64,000 bases of DNA from Eledone cirrhosa (GCA_964016885.1 OZ024743.1:52452001-52516000); one strand, 5' to 3'; positions 1 to 12,424 are shown, numbered from the stretch's first letter. Notes: generated by a model from the sequence alone, not told the origin. Made by a program: numbers and translations.

Positions 1-123
1 ACTGTTCAATTAATGGATTTTACTTGTAGTTTCCTAACTAGTTGTGTTCTTTCTGTTCCTCTGAAGCCTAGCTTCTCAAGATTTGTATTGAGGTAGTTAC
101 TAACATATCCCAGTGCCCTAATT
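1..123 (-). pseudogene. Possible C-terminal fragment of an RLE-type (R4/Dong-like) non-LTR retrotransposon ORF
   Basis: Minus strand reads IRALGYVSNYLNTNLEKLGF...LVRKLQ, resembling the (I)GALG...L..LG...LQ motif after the RLE domain. It abuts a (TATG)n tract and is cut by the window edge. Confidence 0.3.
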
Positions 124-260
124 ATGTATGTATGTATGTATGTATGTATGTATGTATGTATGTATGTATGTATGTATGTATGTATGTATGTATGTATGTA
201 TGTATGTATGCATGTATGTATGTATATATGTACTTCTGCACACACACACGCACATACATA
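123..260. repeat. (TATG)n and (CA)n microsatellite
   Basis: Directly visible. Confidence 0.95.
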
Positions 261-879
261 CAGACGAGAAAAAGTATAAATAAAATCAATGAAAATTGTT
301 TGTAAAATGTAAACAAAATGATTTGAACGTTTATCTTTTTCACCTCCAGCCTCCGCCGAACATGGTTTGATGTTTATCAGATTATCTCTTACACAGAGAT
401 CAATACCCGAGGGGTATGTAACCATTTTTATGTACCCAGCAAAGTTTTCGTTTTATAGAAAAACGAACACGACTCCTCACAAAATATAAATAACAACAAC
501 AAAATTATAAACAAACGAATATGAAAAACAAACAAACAAAAACGCAAGAAACAAACAGAAAACAATAAAATATTTGTAGAAATGAAAGAGTTTTTTATAG
601 CTTAAAACATGGCGGATATGACTTGTTAAATATGGCGCTGAATTCATCTGGAATGTTTCGCATCGTGTGTCTGTGTGTCAGCGTTGTATGTGTGTTTATA
701 TCGGTGTGTGTGTCAGCGTTGTGTGTATGTTTATATCGGCGTGTGTGTTTATATCGGTGTGTGTGTATGTGCTTATATCGATGTGTATGTAAGTATGTAC
801 ATGCGTGTCATAGCATTTGTATGTTGTGGTTTGTATATGTATATATATATATTTATATATCTATACAAGTATAAGAAGT

Positions 880-1070
880 TTGAATGTACGTGAATTAGTG
901 GGGGGTTCGGCTGATGATCGTATGGCCGTGAGTTTGATTCTCGGATGCGCGTTGTGTCGTTGAGAAGAGAGCTTATTTCACGTTGTTCCAGTCCTCTCAG
1001 CTGTAATTCAAATACTCTGTTACGCTCAATCTCCAACAGAACTACATTAACGTACTCTATGTATTACCAC
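880..1070 (+). mobile_element. Degenerate tRNA-derived CORE-type SINE
   Basis: B-box-like gagtttgattctc followed by a CORE-like ttatttcacgttgttccagtcctctcag. Similar to the minus-strand copies near 14300, 43700 and 47050. Confidence 0.5.
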
Positions 1071-1087
1071 ATCTATGTATCTATCTC

Positions 1088-2405
1088 CTTGAAAGGTCGA
1101 ACGGAGGTGGCGAACACTTTCATAGCGTCCGTCATCTACTACCGCTTGACTGTCGTGCCTTGTCCCCGTGAACACCTCGCCAAGATGGAACGCATGCTCT
1201 TCCAGTTTCTGTGGAAGAAGCAGGCTCCGCTGGTGAGGAGATCCGTCTGCTGTCAGCACCCTTCCAGCGGAGGGCTGGGAATGCCGTGGCTGATGATGCG
1301 CAAACATGCGCTGAGGCTGCGGCATTCCTCACCGACCCCCAACCGGTGTGGGCACCGTTTGTGAGACAGGCTTTCCCACAGCTCGTCTCGCTGTCGGAGC
1401 TGCAGTCCTGGGTCAAGAAAAGACCGAAAACGATGGGCGCCTGGCACATTGAATGCGCTCAGGCGCTCACAGTCCTCTGGCAAGCGGGCGCAGCAATCAG
1501 TGGAGACTCCACTTCGACATTCTATAGAGGGATTGTACGTTACAAGAGCAACGACGTGCTCGGAGAGACTCTGGGCGTCGAAGACGATGAGCTCACCAGT
1601 CTGTTTGGTAGGAATTTCCGCCCGGGACCTATGGACAACTTCCAGAGGTCCCTGGCCTGGCAGTGCTACCGAGGATCTCTACCGGTTCGTGACAAGATCT
1701 ACAGGCACGGACGCCCCGGCAGGGATCCTTCCAAGAGGACGTGTCCAAGATGCGCGCAGGACATTGAAACAGTCCTACACGCAATTGTACACTGCCCGGG
1801 CGTAACCGACCTGTGGAACTATGCAGAACAACTGCTGTCGCGTATGGGACAAATCCAGTTGACTGCCGAGTACATAGTAAGGATCAAACCGCCAGCCTCT
1901 TTCAAAAACGAAAGAGAGGCGGATTTCCTCTGTACGGTGGCTATAGTGAAAGAAGTTATATGGTGGACGAGGTTGAGAGGACTGAGGACAGATGCCTTTC
2001 TCTCCGGACAACAATTGATTCCCTTCTTTAAGTATCACTTTAGAAGGATAATCAGGGTGGAGAGAGAGGCACTGCACCCCAGTAAATTTACTGAAAGGTG
2101 GGTGAATGAAGCGAAAATGGCCCGAGTGATTGGGCCTTCTCTGTTTATAAGCCTGTAGGTTGAAGAAGAGAGCAAAAGGAAGAAAGGAGCACTTGCACAA
2201 CACGCTCCTGGAGTTGAGGGTTGTTCTATCGACGGGGTATTAAACAAGCCATTTGTGGCGCCTCCCCCCTATTGGAGATTTCGATTGTTGTAATTGTTTG
2301 TTTTTATATTTTTTACACGACTGTATGTAAAATCCCCGGCATGTTTTGTATTGTCCCCTTTTCTTGTGTGCCCTTGTGGCTAATAAAGAAATATATCTAT
2401 CTATC
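1088..2405 (+). mobile_element. 5'-truncated Tx1-clade non-LTR retrotransposon (end of ORF2 plus 3' UTR)
   Basis: ORF2 C-terminus with GGLG motif and zf-RVT CPRC...ETVLHAIVHC. The 3' UTR ends gtggctaataaagaaa then (TATC)n/(TC)n. Homologous to 6906-8105. Confidence 0.9.
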
Positions 2406-2720
2406 TCTCTCTCTCTCTCTACCAGACGTGTGTAACTTCGCGAAGAAGTTTCCATTAATTTATGTAAGAAAAACCGTGAGTTTTCAGTAAAATTTTATAT
2501 TATTGTGTAACTTGACGCCCCCGTCTGGACCTTCAGGTGGTGGGTCAACTCAAAATATTCGTTTGAAAAATTTTTCTCCATCGAATTTTTGAAAAAATAT
2601 CGTAAGAAGTTTGATTACGCTATGAACGCTGCGTTTGGCGATAATGGTAGTGGAGAGTCGGTAAGACTACATAGCTCGCAGTCAACATCGTCTTCTTTCC
2701 TTTGCTTCTCCATAGGTACT

Positions 2721-4565
2721 ATGGAGATGGAAAGACGAAATCAAATTGTAAAAACAAATTCATATCCAAACGACACAAATGACACCAAACAGTACAATGA
2801 CAACAAAAATAACAACAATACCAATAATGATAATAAAAACAACAATGACAACAATAACAACAAAATAAAAATAAAGACAACACCAATAATACCAGTATCA
2901 AAGATAACAACAACACCAACACCAACACCAAGGAAAATACGAACAATATCAACATCAGTGACAACAAGAACAACAACAACAATAACAACAATAATGACAA
3001 CACCACCAACACGGATAATTCCACAAAGAAACCGAAAATCTCCTTTGCACAGACAGTTCAGAAAAAGGAGGAACTAACATATCTCGACATATCAAATGCC
3101 GAACAACTTCTAAAGGACACTAGGAGATATGTTACTTTCGAAAAGAATGGTGCTTTCAGCATCAATTCCCCTGTAGAAATTCGCAAGGAAACTGCTCTCA
3201 AAACGATAGTTTTTAGGACAGTTTCCAATTCTACCCGAAAACCGGTCCACTTGTCACAGAAAGAAATTGAACTAGTTTTCAAAAATTCAATGAATGATAT
3301 TTCATTCATTCAAATAGACAAACTCTTTGGGAGTATTTCGGTACTCATGAAGGATCAATTGACGGCCCCAAATTACTCTGTGTCGCCAATTGTATACAAC
3401 CTGTATACCTTTTTCCCTACATAGATGGGAAAAAGGACACAAAAGATTAGAATCACGAGTGTCACACGAAAGGTGAACATATGGTGGATACTGTGCGGCT
3501 TCATCAATTTTGATGAAGACAGAATACTTTCAGTAGGAAAGTGCCCCAGAGATGTATTTAATGGGACTAGCGTTGAAGTTCTGGTGCAAATGAGCCCAGA
3601 GCGAATAGCTATGATCCCACAACGTGTACTCCTGGACGGACTCACCTACATAAACTTTTCGGTTGAGGGTAGGCGGCCTTCATGTTACCACTGCTTTATC
3701 AGGGGTCACCTGAGGGCTTCCTGTCCTAAATTAATGAGTAAAAAAAAAGACTCTTCTGCCGACACCCATCAAAATAACACAACCACCAACACCACCACAA
3801 CAACAACACCAACACACAAAAATAACCACAACAAACACAGTCCCACCCAATCCCACTCCACCTAAAACCACTGCAAAATCACATACAGACACAACAGCTC
3901 CCCAAGACATACCCCTCCCCAATCACACAGACGATACAACAGATGAGGCTATCTGGTCATCACCCAGTGAAGACGAGGGAGAACCCCATCGCTCGAAAAG
4001 AAAGAAAAGACACCACAAAAACAAAAAAAAAACAGCAAACCCTACCACAAACATACAACCACCAACACAAACAACAAAAACATCACAAACAAAACCCCCA
4101 CCTCCTGAAAATAAAATAACTACAACAAAACGAAAGCACACACAAGAACTACAGACAAAAACAAACACAACACAAGAAAATTACACATACATAAACACTG
4201 AAAACAAAACACTAATGGAGACCATCACGAACAACCCTTCGGTGAAAACCGAAGGGAAAACTTTCACCCACTCTATTAAAAATAACAAAAAACAGAACCT
4301 AAAACTGATTAGGGTCCCTATACAAACTTATAGGTCCCTAAAAGAAACATTTGAAAAGGATGTGGGGAATTCCAGCGTGAAACCACTTAACCGCGTCCTT
4401 CTCAAATGTCTCCCCACCCCAGACACCCCCATCCCACCAGACACCCCCTCCCCACCAAACATATCCGTCCCCACCCCGCCGGAAACAACCACCCACCCAG
4501 ACAGCCCCTCAAACACCCCCATGGAAATCGTGCAGCCTGGTCCCCAGGAGACGAAGGGTGAGTGA
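2721..4565 (+). pseudogene. Tx1 ORF1 (gag-like RNA-binding protein), frameshifted
   Basis: Zinc knuckle CYHCFIRGHLRASC at 3683-3724, flanked by Thr/Asn/Pro-rich low-complexity sequence. Split over several ORFs. Confidence 0.75.
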
Positions 4566-4601
4566 TTTCTTTTCCTCTTCTTTTAACTTTTCAGTACCAA
4601 C

Positions 4602-7600
4602 ATGGCCAATATAAGAGTTAGATGTGTGAACGTACGCGTCCTGGGGATGCCATGGAAACAGGGCAAACTCTTAAACGACCTCAGGTCGCACAGTATGGAT
4701 GTAGTAGCCATTTGCGAGTCCACAATCCACAGCGAGCGACATCTGGCCCCCATCTTCGACGACTTTGAGATCTACGCATCTCTCTGTCAGCCGGGAGTTA
4801 GGGCCGGGGTTGCCGTTTTGCTGCGGAAACACCTGGACCTCGTAACACAGACTGTACATCTGGACCCGGAGGGTCGACTGGTGGTCCTAGACGTTGACGG
4901 TAGTGAAGGTGGAGCCTTCAGGCTGGTGGCCGCATATGCCCCATCCGGGACACCGCGGCCAGACTTCTTCAAACGTCTAGAGACTTTTCTGGGAACGTCC
5001 CGCTCCTTGCTTTTAGTGGGGGACTGGAATGGAATCCTAGATGTACGTTGGGACTATGTAGGAGCATGCCCCGATAAAGGGGGTGTAACAGCCTCAAACA
5101 GTTAATCGGCCGATTTGACCTGGCCGATAGATATCGACTAGATTTTCCGACTGTGCCACTGTGGACGTGGACTAATCGTAGCGGAACATCTAGATCGTAC
5201 CTAGATAGGGTTCTAGTTAAAAATAAGGATAGAAACATTTTAAGCTGTCCACAAATGTTCATTGAACCCATAGACAAGGACCCAGCTACTGGAAGCTGAA
5301 CTTGTCATTACCGACATGCAAAGCCTACAGTAGACGGATTAGCACTTTAGTAAAACAGCACTTGACAGGAACCATTGTCAACAACAGATGGTGGTACTCT
5401 CTCAAGAGGGCAGTTAGATTAGACTCGTTAGTTTTTAGTAAAGAATTAGCGTTAGATAGAAATATGACCGAGAATGAACTGGTAGATAAAGTAGAAGAGT
5501 CAATTAGAAGTGGCAACGTAGCCAGCGTGCTAGCAACGATAACGGCTTTGGACCAGTTCTTCGACGCAAAGCACGAGGGCTGCGTTGTCAGAAGCAAAAT
5601 ACGTGCTCTGGGTAACGAGGGAGCCAAAGCTGTTACCTGGGCCCGGGTGACGGTGGCGAAAAGTGGCAACAAGTCCACGATTCGGTCTTTGAAGGACCAA
5701 GACGGACGCGTGATACATGAGCCGAAGCAGATGTGCGCGGCCTTTCAGCGGCACTTTGCTCAGCTGTTCGGGCAGGGCGGCGCGCCGGGAGGGGCTATGG
5801 ATTTCGGTCCATACCTCGACGGCCTACTGCGACTCTCGGACAGCGAGGCGAAGTTCTGCGAAAAGCCGATTTCAGCCACTGAGATAGGGGACGCGATAAG
5901 CCAATGCGGCAAACGCAAATCTCCAGGTCTCGACGGTCTACCCTACAAATTTTACGTAGCAATGCTGGACTTGTTCTCCGGTCTCCTGGAAGCGGTCTAC
6001 TGCAACTGGCAGCAGAACGGGAGAATTCCCAGTTCTGTGACCAGGGGAGTAGTCACACTAGTCAGGAAGGACGAGAATAAGGGGGATGGCAACTTCCGGC
6101 CCATAACTCTGCTAAACACAGAGTTACAGATTTTGGCCAAGGTGTTGGCTAAGAGGCTGGCGCTTGTCGTCGAAAACCTGGTGGGAGAAGCGCAGACATG
6201 CGCAATCCCGACCAGGTCCATACACGACAACCTCCACGTCATGCGATACATCATAGAGAGGGTAGGGTGTAAACCCGGCTTCGGTGGGGCCCTGATCAAC
6301 TTGGACAGTCTAAGGCTTTCGATAGGGTTGACCATGGTTACCTGAATGCGGTGCTCGAGGCGGCAGGCTTGGGACCCGTGTTCAGGGGCTGGATTGCTGC
6401 AATGCACAACAGCAACATCTGCTCAAGGGTCAAGGTGAACGGCTACCTCTCGGAGCCGTTCAATATCACGTGATCCATCCGACAGGGATGCCCTCTCTCC
6501 TCGCTTCTGTACGTACTGACTCTCGAGCCACTACTGCGGAAGTTGGAGCTATTGCATGGCATCCCTCTAGAACAGGGACTGCAGAAAGCAGCGTCGGCCT
6601 ACGCCGACGACATGACAGTAATGGTGTCGAGCACCTCCCAAATCGAGGAAGTCGACACCTTACTGAAAGAATACGAAAGGTTCACAGGAGCGAAGTTGAA
6701 CCGGGACAAGTCCATCGGTTTGCAACTCGGATCGTTGAGAGGCAAACCGATGTCTTCCGATGGCGTCGTCGGACGCTGGACGGAAGGACCAGTAAACCTG
6801 CTCGGGGTCTGGTTTGGTCCGGACCTCCTGGTGGAGAAAAACTGGAACGAGGTGACGGCCAAGGTGTTTGCACTCACCCAGAAGTGGGCCAAGTGCAAAC
6901 TATACTTGAAAGGTCGAGCGGAGGTGACGAACACTTTTATAGCGTCCGTCATCTACTACCACTTGACCGTCGTGCCTTGTCCAGTCAAAACGCTCACCAA
7001 AATGGAGCGCGCGCTCTTCCAATTCCTTTGGAAGAAGCGGGCTCCTTTGGTGAGAAGATCCATCTGCTGCCAACACCCTTCCAACGGAGGGCTGGGAATG
7101 CTGTGGCTGACGATGCGCAAACACGCACTCAGGCTGCGGCATCTCTACGTATTCCTCACCGGACAACCGGTGTGGGCCCCGTTCGTGAGGCGAGCTTTCC
7201 ACGATTCGTCTCGCTGACCGAGCTGCAGTCCTGGGTCAAGCAAAGACCGAGGAAAATGGGCGACTGGCACATCGAATGTGCTCAGGCGCTCACAGCCCTC
7301 TGGCAGGTGGACTCGGCGATCAGTGGAGACTCCACTTCGTCATTCTATGGAGGGTTGATCCGCAACAAGTGCGACGACGCGCTCGGAGAAACTCTAGGCG
7401 TAGAGGAAGACGAACTGGCCAGTCTGTTCGGTAGGACCTTCCGCTCGGGACCGATGGACAACTTCCAAAAGTCCCTGGCCTGGCAGTGCTACCGAGGAGC
7501 TCTACCAGTTCGAGACAAGCTCTAGAGACATGGGCGCCCGCGCAGGGACCCTTCGAAAAAGATCTGTCCGAGATGCGTGCGAGACGAAAAAAACCGTCGC

Positions 7601-7857
7601 GCACGCATTCATACACTGCCCGGGCGTTACCGACCGGTGGGGCTATGTAGAACGACTATTGTCGCGGCTGGGACCAATCCGGTTGACCACCGAGTCCATT
7701 GTCATGATCAAACCGCCACCCTCCTTAAAAAACGAAGGAGAGGCGGTTTTCCTTTGTGTGATAGTTATGGCGAAAGAGGTTTTATGGTGGACGAGGTTAA
7801 AAGGGCTGAGGTCAGACACCTTTCTCTCCGGCCAACAACTCTATATCAACCTGTAGG
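4602..7857 (+). pseudogene. Tx1 ORF2 (APE endonuclease, reverse transcriptase, zf-RVT), disrupted
   Basis: NVRxL, AYAP, LVGDWN and YLDR APE motifs; KSPGLDG, NFRPITLLN, QGCPLS and YADD (6600-6611) RT motifs. Multiple frameshifts and stops. Confidence 0.92.
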
Positions 7858-8317
7858 TTGAGGAAAAAGAGGAAGAGAGGAAAGGGGTACAAACTCTTCG
7901 TACTCCTGGAGATGAGGGTTGCACATTTTTTCGGGGGTATGTGTTACCCATATGAAATGTCTCCCCCTATTGGGGAAAATCGATTAATTTTTAAATTACA
8001 TTTGTGATAGCATTTTACACGTTTTTATTGTATGTAAACTTCCCCCTTTGTATTTGTCGCCTTCTTTTGTGCCCCTGTGGCTAATAAAGAAACATATCTA
8101 TCTATATATATATATATATATAAAGGAATTGGTAGTTGACTTGGCAACCCACTTCGAACACTGGATTAACCCCTTTACTTTCCTCAGACGAAGAGATATT
8201 ATCTCGAGATATCAGGATATACTAATAAATTAAGGTAAAAGACTAATTGTCAGCGTTATCTTTTGCATTTATATTCTATATCCAAACTTGCATTGTTCTG
8301 ACCTTCTAACTTCAAAC

Positions 8318-8384
<67 letters not shown>

Positions 8385-8458
8385 ATTAGAACAACACAAA
8401 ATATAACTACTCCATAACCAAATGAGATGTTATAGATAATATCTTTTATCTATAACAT

Positions 8459-8526
8459 CTCTGTCTGACGAACGATCCAGACGTATATTATTATCGTCTG
8501 TGATGCAGAAACCTTTGGTAATGGAG
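8459..8526 (+). ncRNA. Type I hammerhead ribozyme motif (family G)
   Basis: ctctgt-CTGACGA-(cagacg/cgtctg stem II)-GAAA-cctttgg-TA-atggag. Stem I ctctgt/atggag has GU pairs, stem III is acc/ggt, cleavage triplet GUA. Confidence 0.7.
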
Positions 8527-8714
8527 TAGTTATATAATAATGGAAAAGATATATATATATTTTTTTTTAGTATATGTTGGTTGTTTACCGACACCCCAGT
8601 ATGCAGATTGGAGCACTCGACGAAGTACGCAGGTTGGTTTGGTTACTCCGGAGTAATGTAAAATAAAGTAATTAAGTCAAATATTTAAGATTTGGCTTCG
8701 TTTATTAAAGATGT

Positions 8715-8769
8715 ACTGCTATATATATTTCGGTGACAGCCATCATTGGCTGTGACCTCTTCAGGCAGT
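8715..8769 (-). ncRNA. Type I hammerhead ribozyme motif (family A, minus arm)
   Basis: Reverse complement of 8942-8996. Confidence 0.85.
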
Positions 8770-8941
8770 CCGAATTGGTGTGGTAGAGACAGGTACACAT
8801 GTTGTTAAAGTGTTTTAAAGAGAAATAACAACCCAACCAGGAGCTGGACATATCGGAGTATTGACGGAGTAAAATACTTTAACAACGACGGAGTAAAATA
8901 CTTTAACAACATGTGTACCTGTCTCTACCACACCAATTCGG

Positions 8942-8996
8942 ACTGCCTGAAGAGGTCACAGCCAATGATGGCTGTCACCGAAATATATATAGCAGT
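8942..8996 (+). ncRNA. Type I hammerhead ribozyme motif (family A)
   Basis: actgc-CTGAAGA-ggtcacagcc aatgat ggctgtcacc-GAAA-tatatat-A-gcagt. Stem I 5 bp, stem II about 10 bp, palindromic stem III. Confidence 0.85.
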
Positions 8997-9229
8997 ACAT
9001 CTTTAATAAACGAAGCCAAATCTTAAATATTTGACTTAATTACTTTATTTTATATATATATATATTTCGTTGCTTCACCATTTTTGTTTGTTTACACTCT
9101 CGTGTCCCCTTTATTTACGTGTCCCAACGACTTTTTTTAGCCGTTGCTCGCACCAACCGGAGGTATATGGTCTTTAAAGCGATGAAATACCAATGATGGT
9201 TGGAAGATCACTGATGAAGGACTAACTTT

Positions 9230-9230
9230 A

Positions 9231-9276
<46 letters not shown>

Positions 9277-9505
9277 GTGTGTGTGTATGTATGTGTATGT
9301 GTGTATGTATGTGTGTATGTATGTGTGTGTATGTATATGTATATGTGTATGTGTGTGTGTGTCTTTGTATATGTGTATGTATGTGTGTGTATGTATATGT
9401 ATGTGTGTGTGATACAAGTGTTAATCTGCTTTGACATTTTCCTTTAAAGTTTTTTCCTCATATGTACGTCTGTGAAAATATTTCTCTATCCTCCCCCCTC
9501 TTTCT

Positions 9506-9574
<69 letters not shown>

Positions 9575-9870
9575 CACACACACACACACACATATATATA
9601 TACTATATACACTTCTCACTGCAAATAATTGAATTCTGAAACTGTCGTTTTCAGTTGTTTTTGTTTAATTTCTCCAACTGTGATTTTACCCCCCCCCCCC
9701 CCCCCTACCGCCACTACCAAGACTACCAACACCATCACTACCACTGCCACCACTACTACTACAACCACTACCATCACCGCCGCCAACACTGCCGCCCCCG
9801 CCGTCATCACCATCACCGCCGCCGTCGCCACCACCACCACAGCCGCCATCACCATCATCATCGTCACGAT
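9230..9870. repeat. (TA)n, (TG)n and (CAC/CAT)n microsatellites
   Basis: Directly visible. Confidence 0.9.
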
Positions 9871-10478
9871 CAAGTTTGTTATTTCCATCTAAAAATGTTT
9901 ATTTAAAAACCATTCGACAAAACCCATCTTCCCACCATTTCCTCTTCTACCATTTCCGGTGTTTATTCACTCTTCTTTCTTTCTTTCTTTGAATGTCTTT
10001 TAGTTCTTCCTTTAAACTTCTGGCTTTTAAATTTGTCTTAGGTACAGAGAGAGAGGGTGGGTGGGTGGGTGTAAGATAGAGTGGTAGCAGAGAGAGACAG
10101 ACAGAGATAATGGTGTGTGTATGTGTGAGAGAGAGAGGGGGTGGAAGAGAGAGAGAGTAAGCGAGAGAGAGAGAGAGAAAGAAAGAGAGAGAGAGAGAGA
10201 AAGAAAGAGAGAGAGAGAGAGAGACATAAATCTTGGTTTGTAAAATGTAATAAAAGGTAGAAAAGACAGTAAGGAGAAAGGGAAGAATGGAAGGGGTTTA
10301 ATGAGAAGAGAATGTTAATATTTACACCTGGGGAGGGGGTGACGGTTATACGTTTACACCCACCCCACTATTTACTGATTAATTTATCGATTTCGTAAGA
10401 ATGAAAGGTATAATCGAACTTCGCATTTATGTGTGTATGCGTGTATGTATGTATGTATATACATACATATATATATAT

Positions 10479-10833
<355 letters not shown>

Positions 10834-10885
10834 CATATATATATATAAAAATAAAGAGGGCCATCCTTATTTTTATTTTTATTAT

Positions 10886-10937
10886 GACAGCCTGAATGAG
10901 TTGAAGCCCAGAACCCAACGAAACTTAAGTACCTGTT
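10886..10937 (+). ncRNA. Variant hammerhead motif with an extra core nucleotide (CUGAAUGA)
   Basis: gacagc-CTGAATGA-gttg...caac-GAAA-cttaagT-A-cctgtt, with palindromic stem III acttaagt. Confidence 0.55.
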
Positions 10938-10956
10938 TATGTCACTGATGTAATTA

Positions 10957-11141
10957 TCTATATATCTAAAACAGAGAATGTCTGTCTGTCTGACTCCCCA
11001 AAACTCGAGAACCACCCAACCGATTGTTTTCAAACATTACACATGTAATACTTATGGTCCTGTGAGTGTTTTGATAAAAAAATATTTCAAATGTTCAATG
11101 ACCTAGGGACCGCATTAGGCGATTTAGCGATCTCTCTCTAG
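10957..11141 (+). mobile_element. Possible non-autonomous Helitron
   Basis: Starts a|TCTATATATCTAAAA followed by (GTCT)n, a typical Helitron-N 5' end, and ends at a ctag. Confidence 0.35.
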
Positions 11142-11149
11142 CCTTTCTT

Positions 11150-11235
11150 TTTAGATAGATATATAGATATAACGTTGCGCCCTTATAATATCTGTCTGTA
11201 TGTCTGTCTGTCTGCATTACGACATTATGATACTA

Positions 11236-11298
<63 letters not shown>

Positions 11299-11436
11299 AT
11301 ATATAGTGTGTGTATATATATATGGTGTGTAACGGTTTTCGAAATATTTACTTCTGCGTTCACAGATTGATTTTTTTAGTTTCAGAAGATCCCGTTAAGG
11401 GTGAAAGCAGCGATTCTTTGCTTAAACTTTAATCTG

Positions 11437-11443
<7 letters not shown>
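11150..11443 (+). repeat. Dispersed ~290-bp repeat, family F (inverted copy at 13862-14131, partial copy at 45297-45410)
   Basis: Shared sequence around an internal (GT)n, ending aatctgttattt then (TA)n. Confidence 0.8.
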
Positions 11444-11486
<43 letters not shown>

Positions 11487-11568
11487 GTTATTCCGGGTTG
11501 AATCGGAGGTAACCACAGTAAGTAAGGTACTCAATACATAGCAGAGTATAACAGTTTTAATATAGATG

Positions 11569-11619
11569 AGATTCTACAGGACTAGAACTGTTTCATTCAT
11601 TAGAAATCATCAGGAATCT
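11569..11619 (-). ncRNA. Hammerhead motif (family B, minus arm)
   Basis: Reverse complement of 11908-11958. Confidence 0.88.
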
Positions 11620-11907
11620 GGGTATCAAAAAATAAATATGGTATTTATAGGTCTCTACAAGTGGTAGGAGAGGGTGGGGAGTGGGATGGGTGCAGGTCAT
11701 TGGTTGATAGAGAAGGGAATTCATTAAAAGCTAATTCTACATAGCTATAGTTAATTTATATTTATTATTAAATTAACTATAGCTATGTAGAATTAGCTTT
11801 TAATGAATTCCCTTCTCTATCAACCAATGACCTGCACCCATCCCACTCCCCACCCTCTCCTACCACTTGTAGAGACCTATAAATACCATATTTATTTTTT
11901 GATACCC

Positions 11908-11958
11908 AGATTCCTGATGATTTCTAATGAATGAAACAGTTCTAGTCCTGTAGAATCT
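11908..11958 (+). ncRNA. Hammerhead motif (family B, plus arm)
   Basis: Same sequence as 10592-10642. Confidence 0.88.
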
Positions 11959-11970
11959 CATCTATATTAA

Positions 11971-12011
<41 letters not shown>

Positions 12012-12052
12012 ATATTAACAAATGGAAACTATATTTATAAAACCATATTTAT

Positions 12053-12101
12053 TTCATTATACATATTTCAAGGGCCACCAAGTGCGCTTTCATCAGATAA
12101 A
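12053..12101 (-). ncRNA. Hammerhead motif (family C, minus arm, stem II loop deleted)
   Basis: Reverse complement reads tttat-CTGATGA-aagcgcacttggtggccctt-GAAA-tatgtat-A-atgaa. Confidence 0.7.
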
Positions 12102-12236
12102 TATAATATAGATTAGTTTTATAAATAAATATTGGCATACCCTGAAAAAATGCAACCTTCACGGTTGGAGTTTCCGTGAAGGTTGCATTTTTTCAGGGTA
12201 TGTCAATATTTATTTATAAAACTAATCTATATTATA

Positions 12237-12296
12237 TTTATCTGATGAAAGCGCACTATAATCTGCCTTGGTGGCCCTTGAAATATGTATAATGAA
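12237..12296 (+). ncRNA. Hammerhead motif (family C)
   Basis: tttat-CTGATGA-aagcgcacta...tggtggccctt-GAAA-tatgtaT-A-atgaa. Confidence 0.8.
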
Positions 12297-12424
12297 ATAA
12301 ATATGGTTTTATAAATATAGTTTCCATTTGTTAATATATTGTATATTTACTCCAATAATTTGTTGAGTGCTTTATATCAGTTATAAAAATATTTTGCTTG
12401 TTGTATCCCAACAAATTTAATATA

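Larger units (their letters stand above)
2421..8105 (+). mobile_element. Near full-length, decayed Tx1-clade (L1 group) non-LTR retrotransposon
   Basis: 5' UTR, ORF1 with CCHC knuckle, ORF2 with APE, RT and zf-RVT, then AATAAA and a (TATC)/(TA) tail. Confidence 0.9.
8659..9052. mobile_element. Palindromic Penelope-like (PLE) terminal-repeat element, family A, with ~158-bp inverted arms (8659-8816 and 8895-9052)
   Basis: Near-perfect reverse-complement arms, each with a hammerhead. A 24-bp direct duplication lies at 8863-8910. Flanked by (TA)n. Confidence 0.8.
11485..11975. mobile_element. Palindromic PLE-like element, family B (long minus arm, short plus arm, centre ~11765)
   Basis: Arms are reverse complements, each with a hammerhead. 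(TA)n on both sides. Confidence 0.8.

Noticed and set aside
320-386. Minus-strand CTGATAA...TAAACGTTC hammerhead-like motif
   Set aside because: Both core boxes are mutated and stem I is poor, so it cannot be supported.
911-960. CTGATGA hammerhead box
   Set aside because: No GAAA or stem III follows; it lies in the tRNA-like head of a SINE.
9206-9235. CTGATGA at the end of a PLE-like segment
   Set aside because: Truncated by (TA)n before any GAAA box; at most a half-ribozyme remnant.
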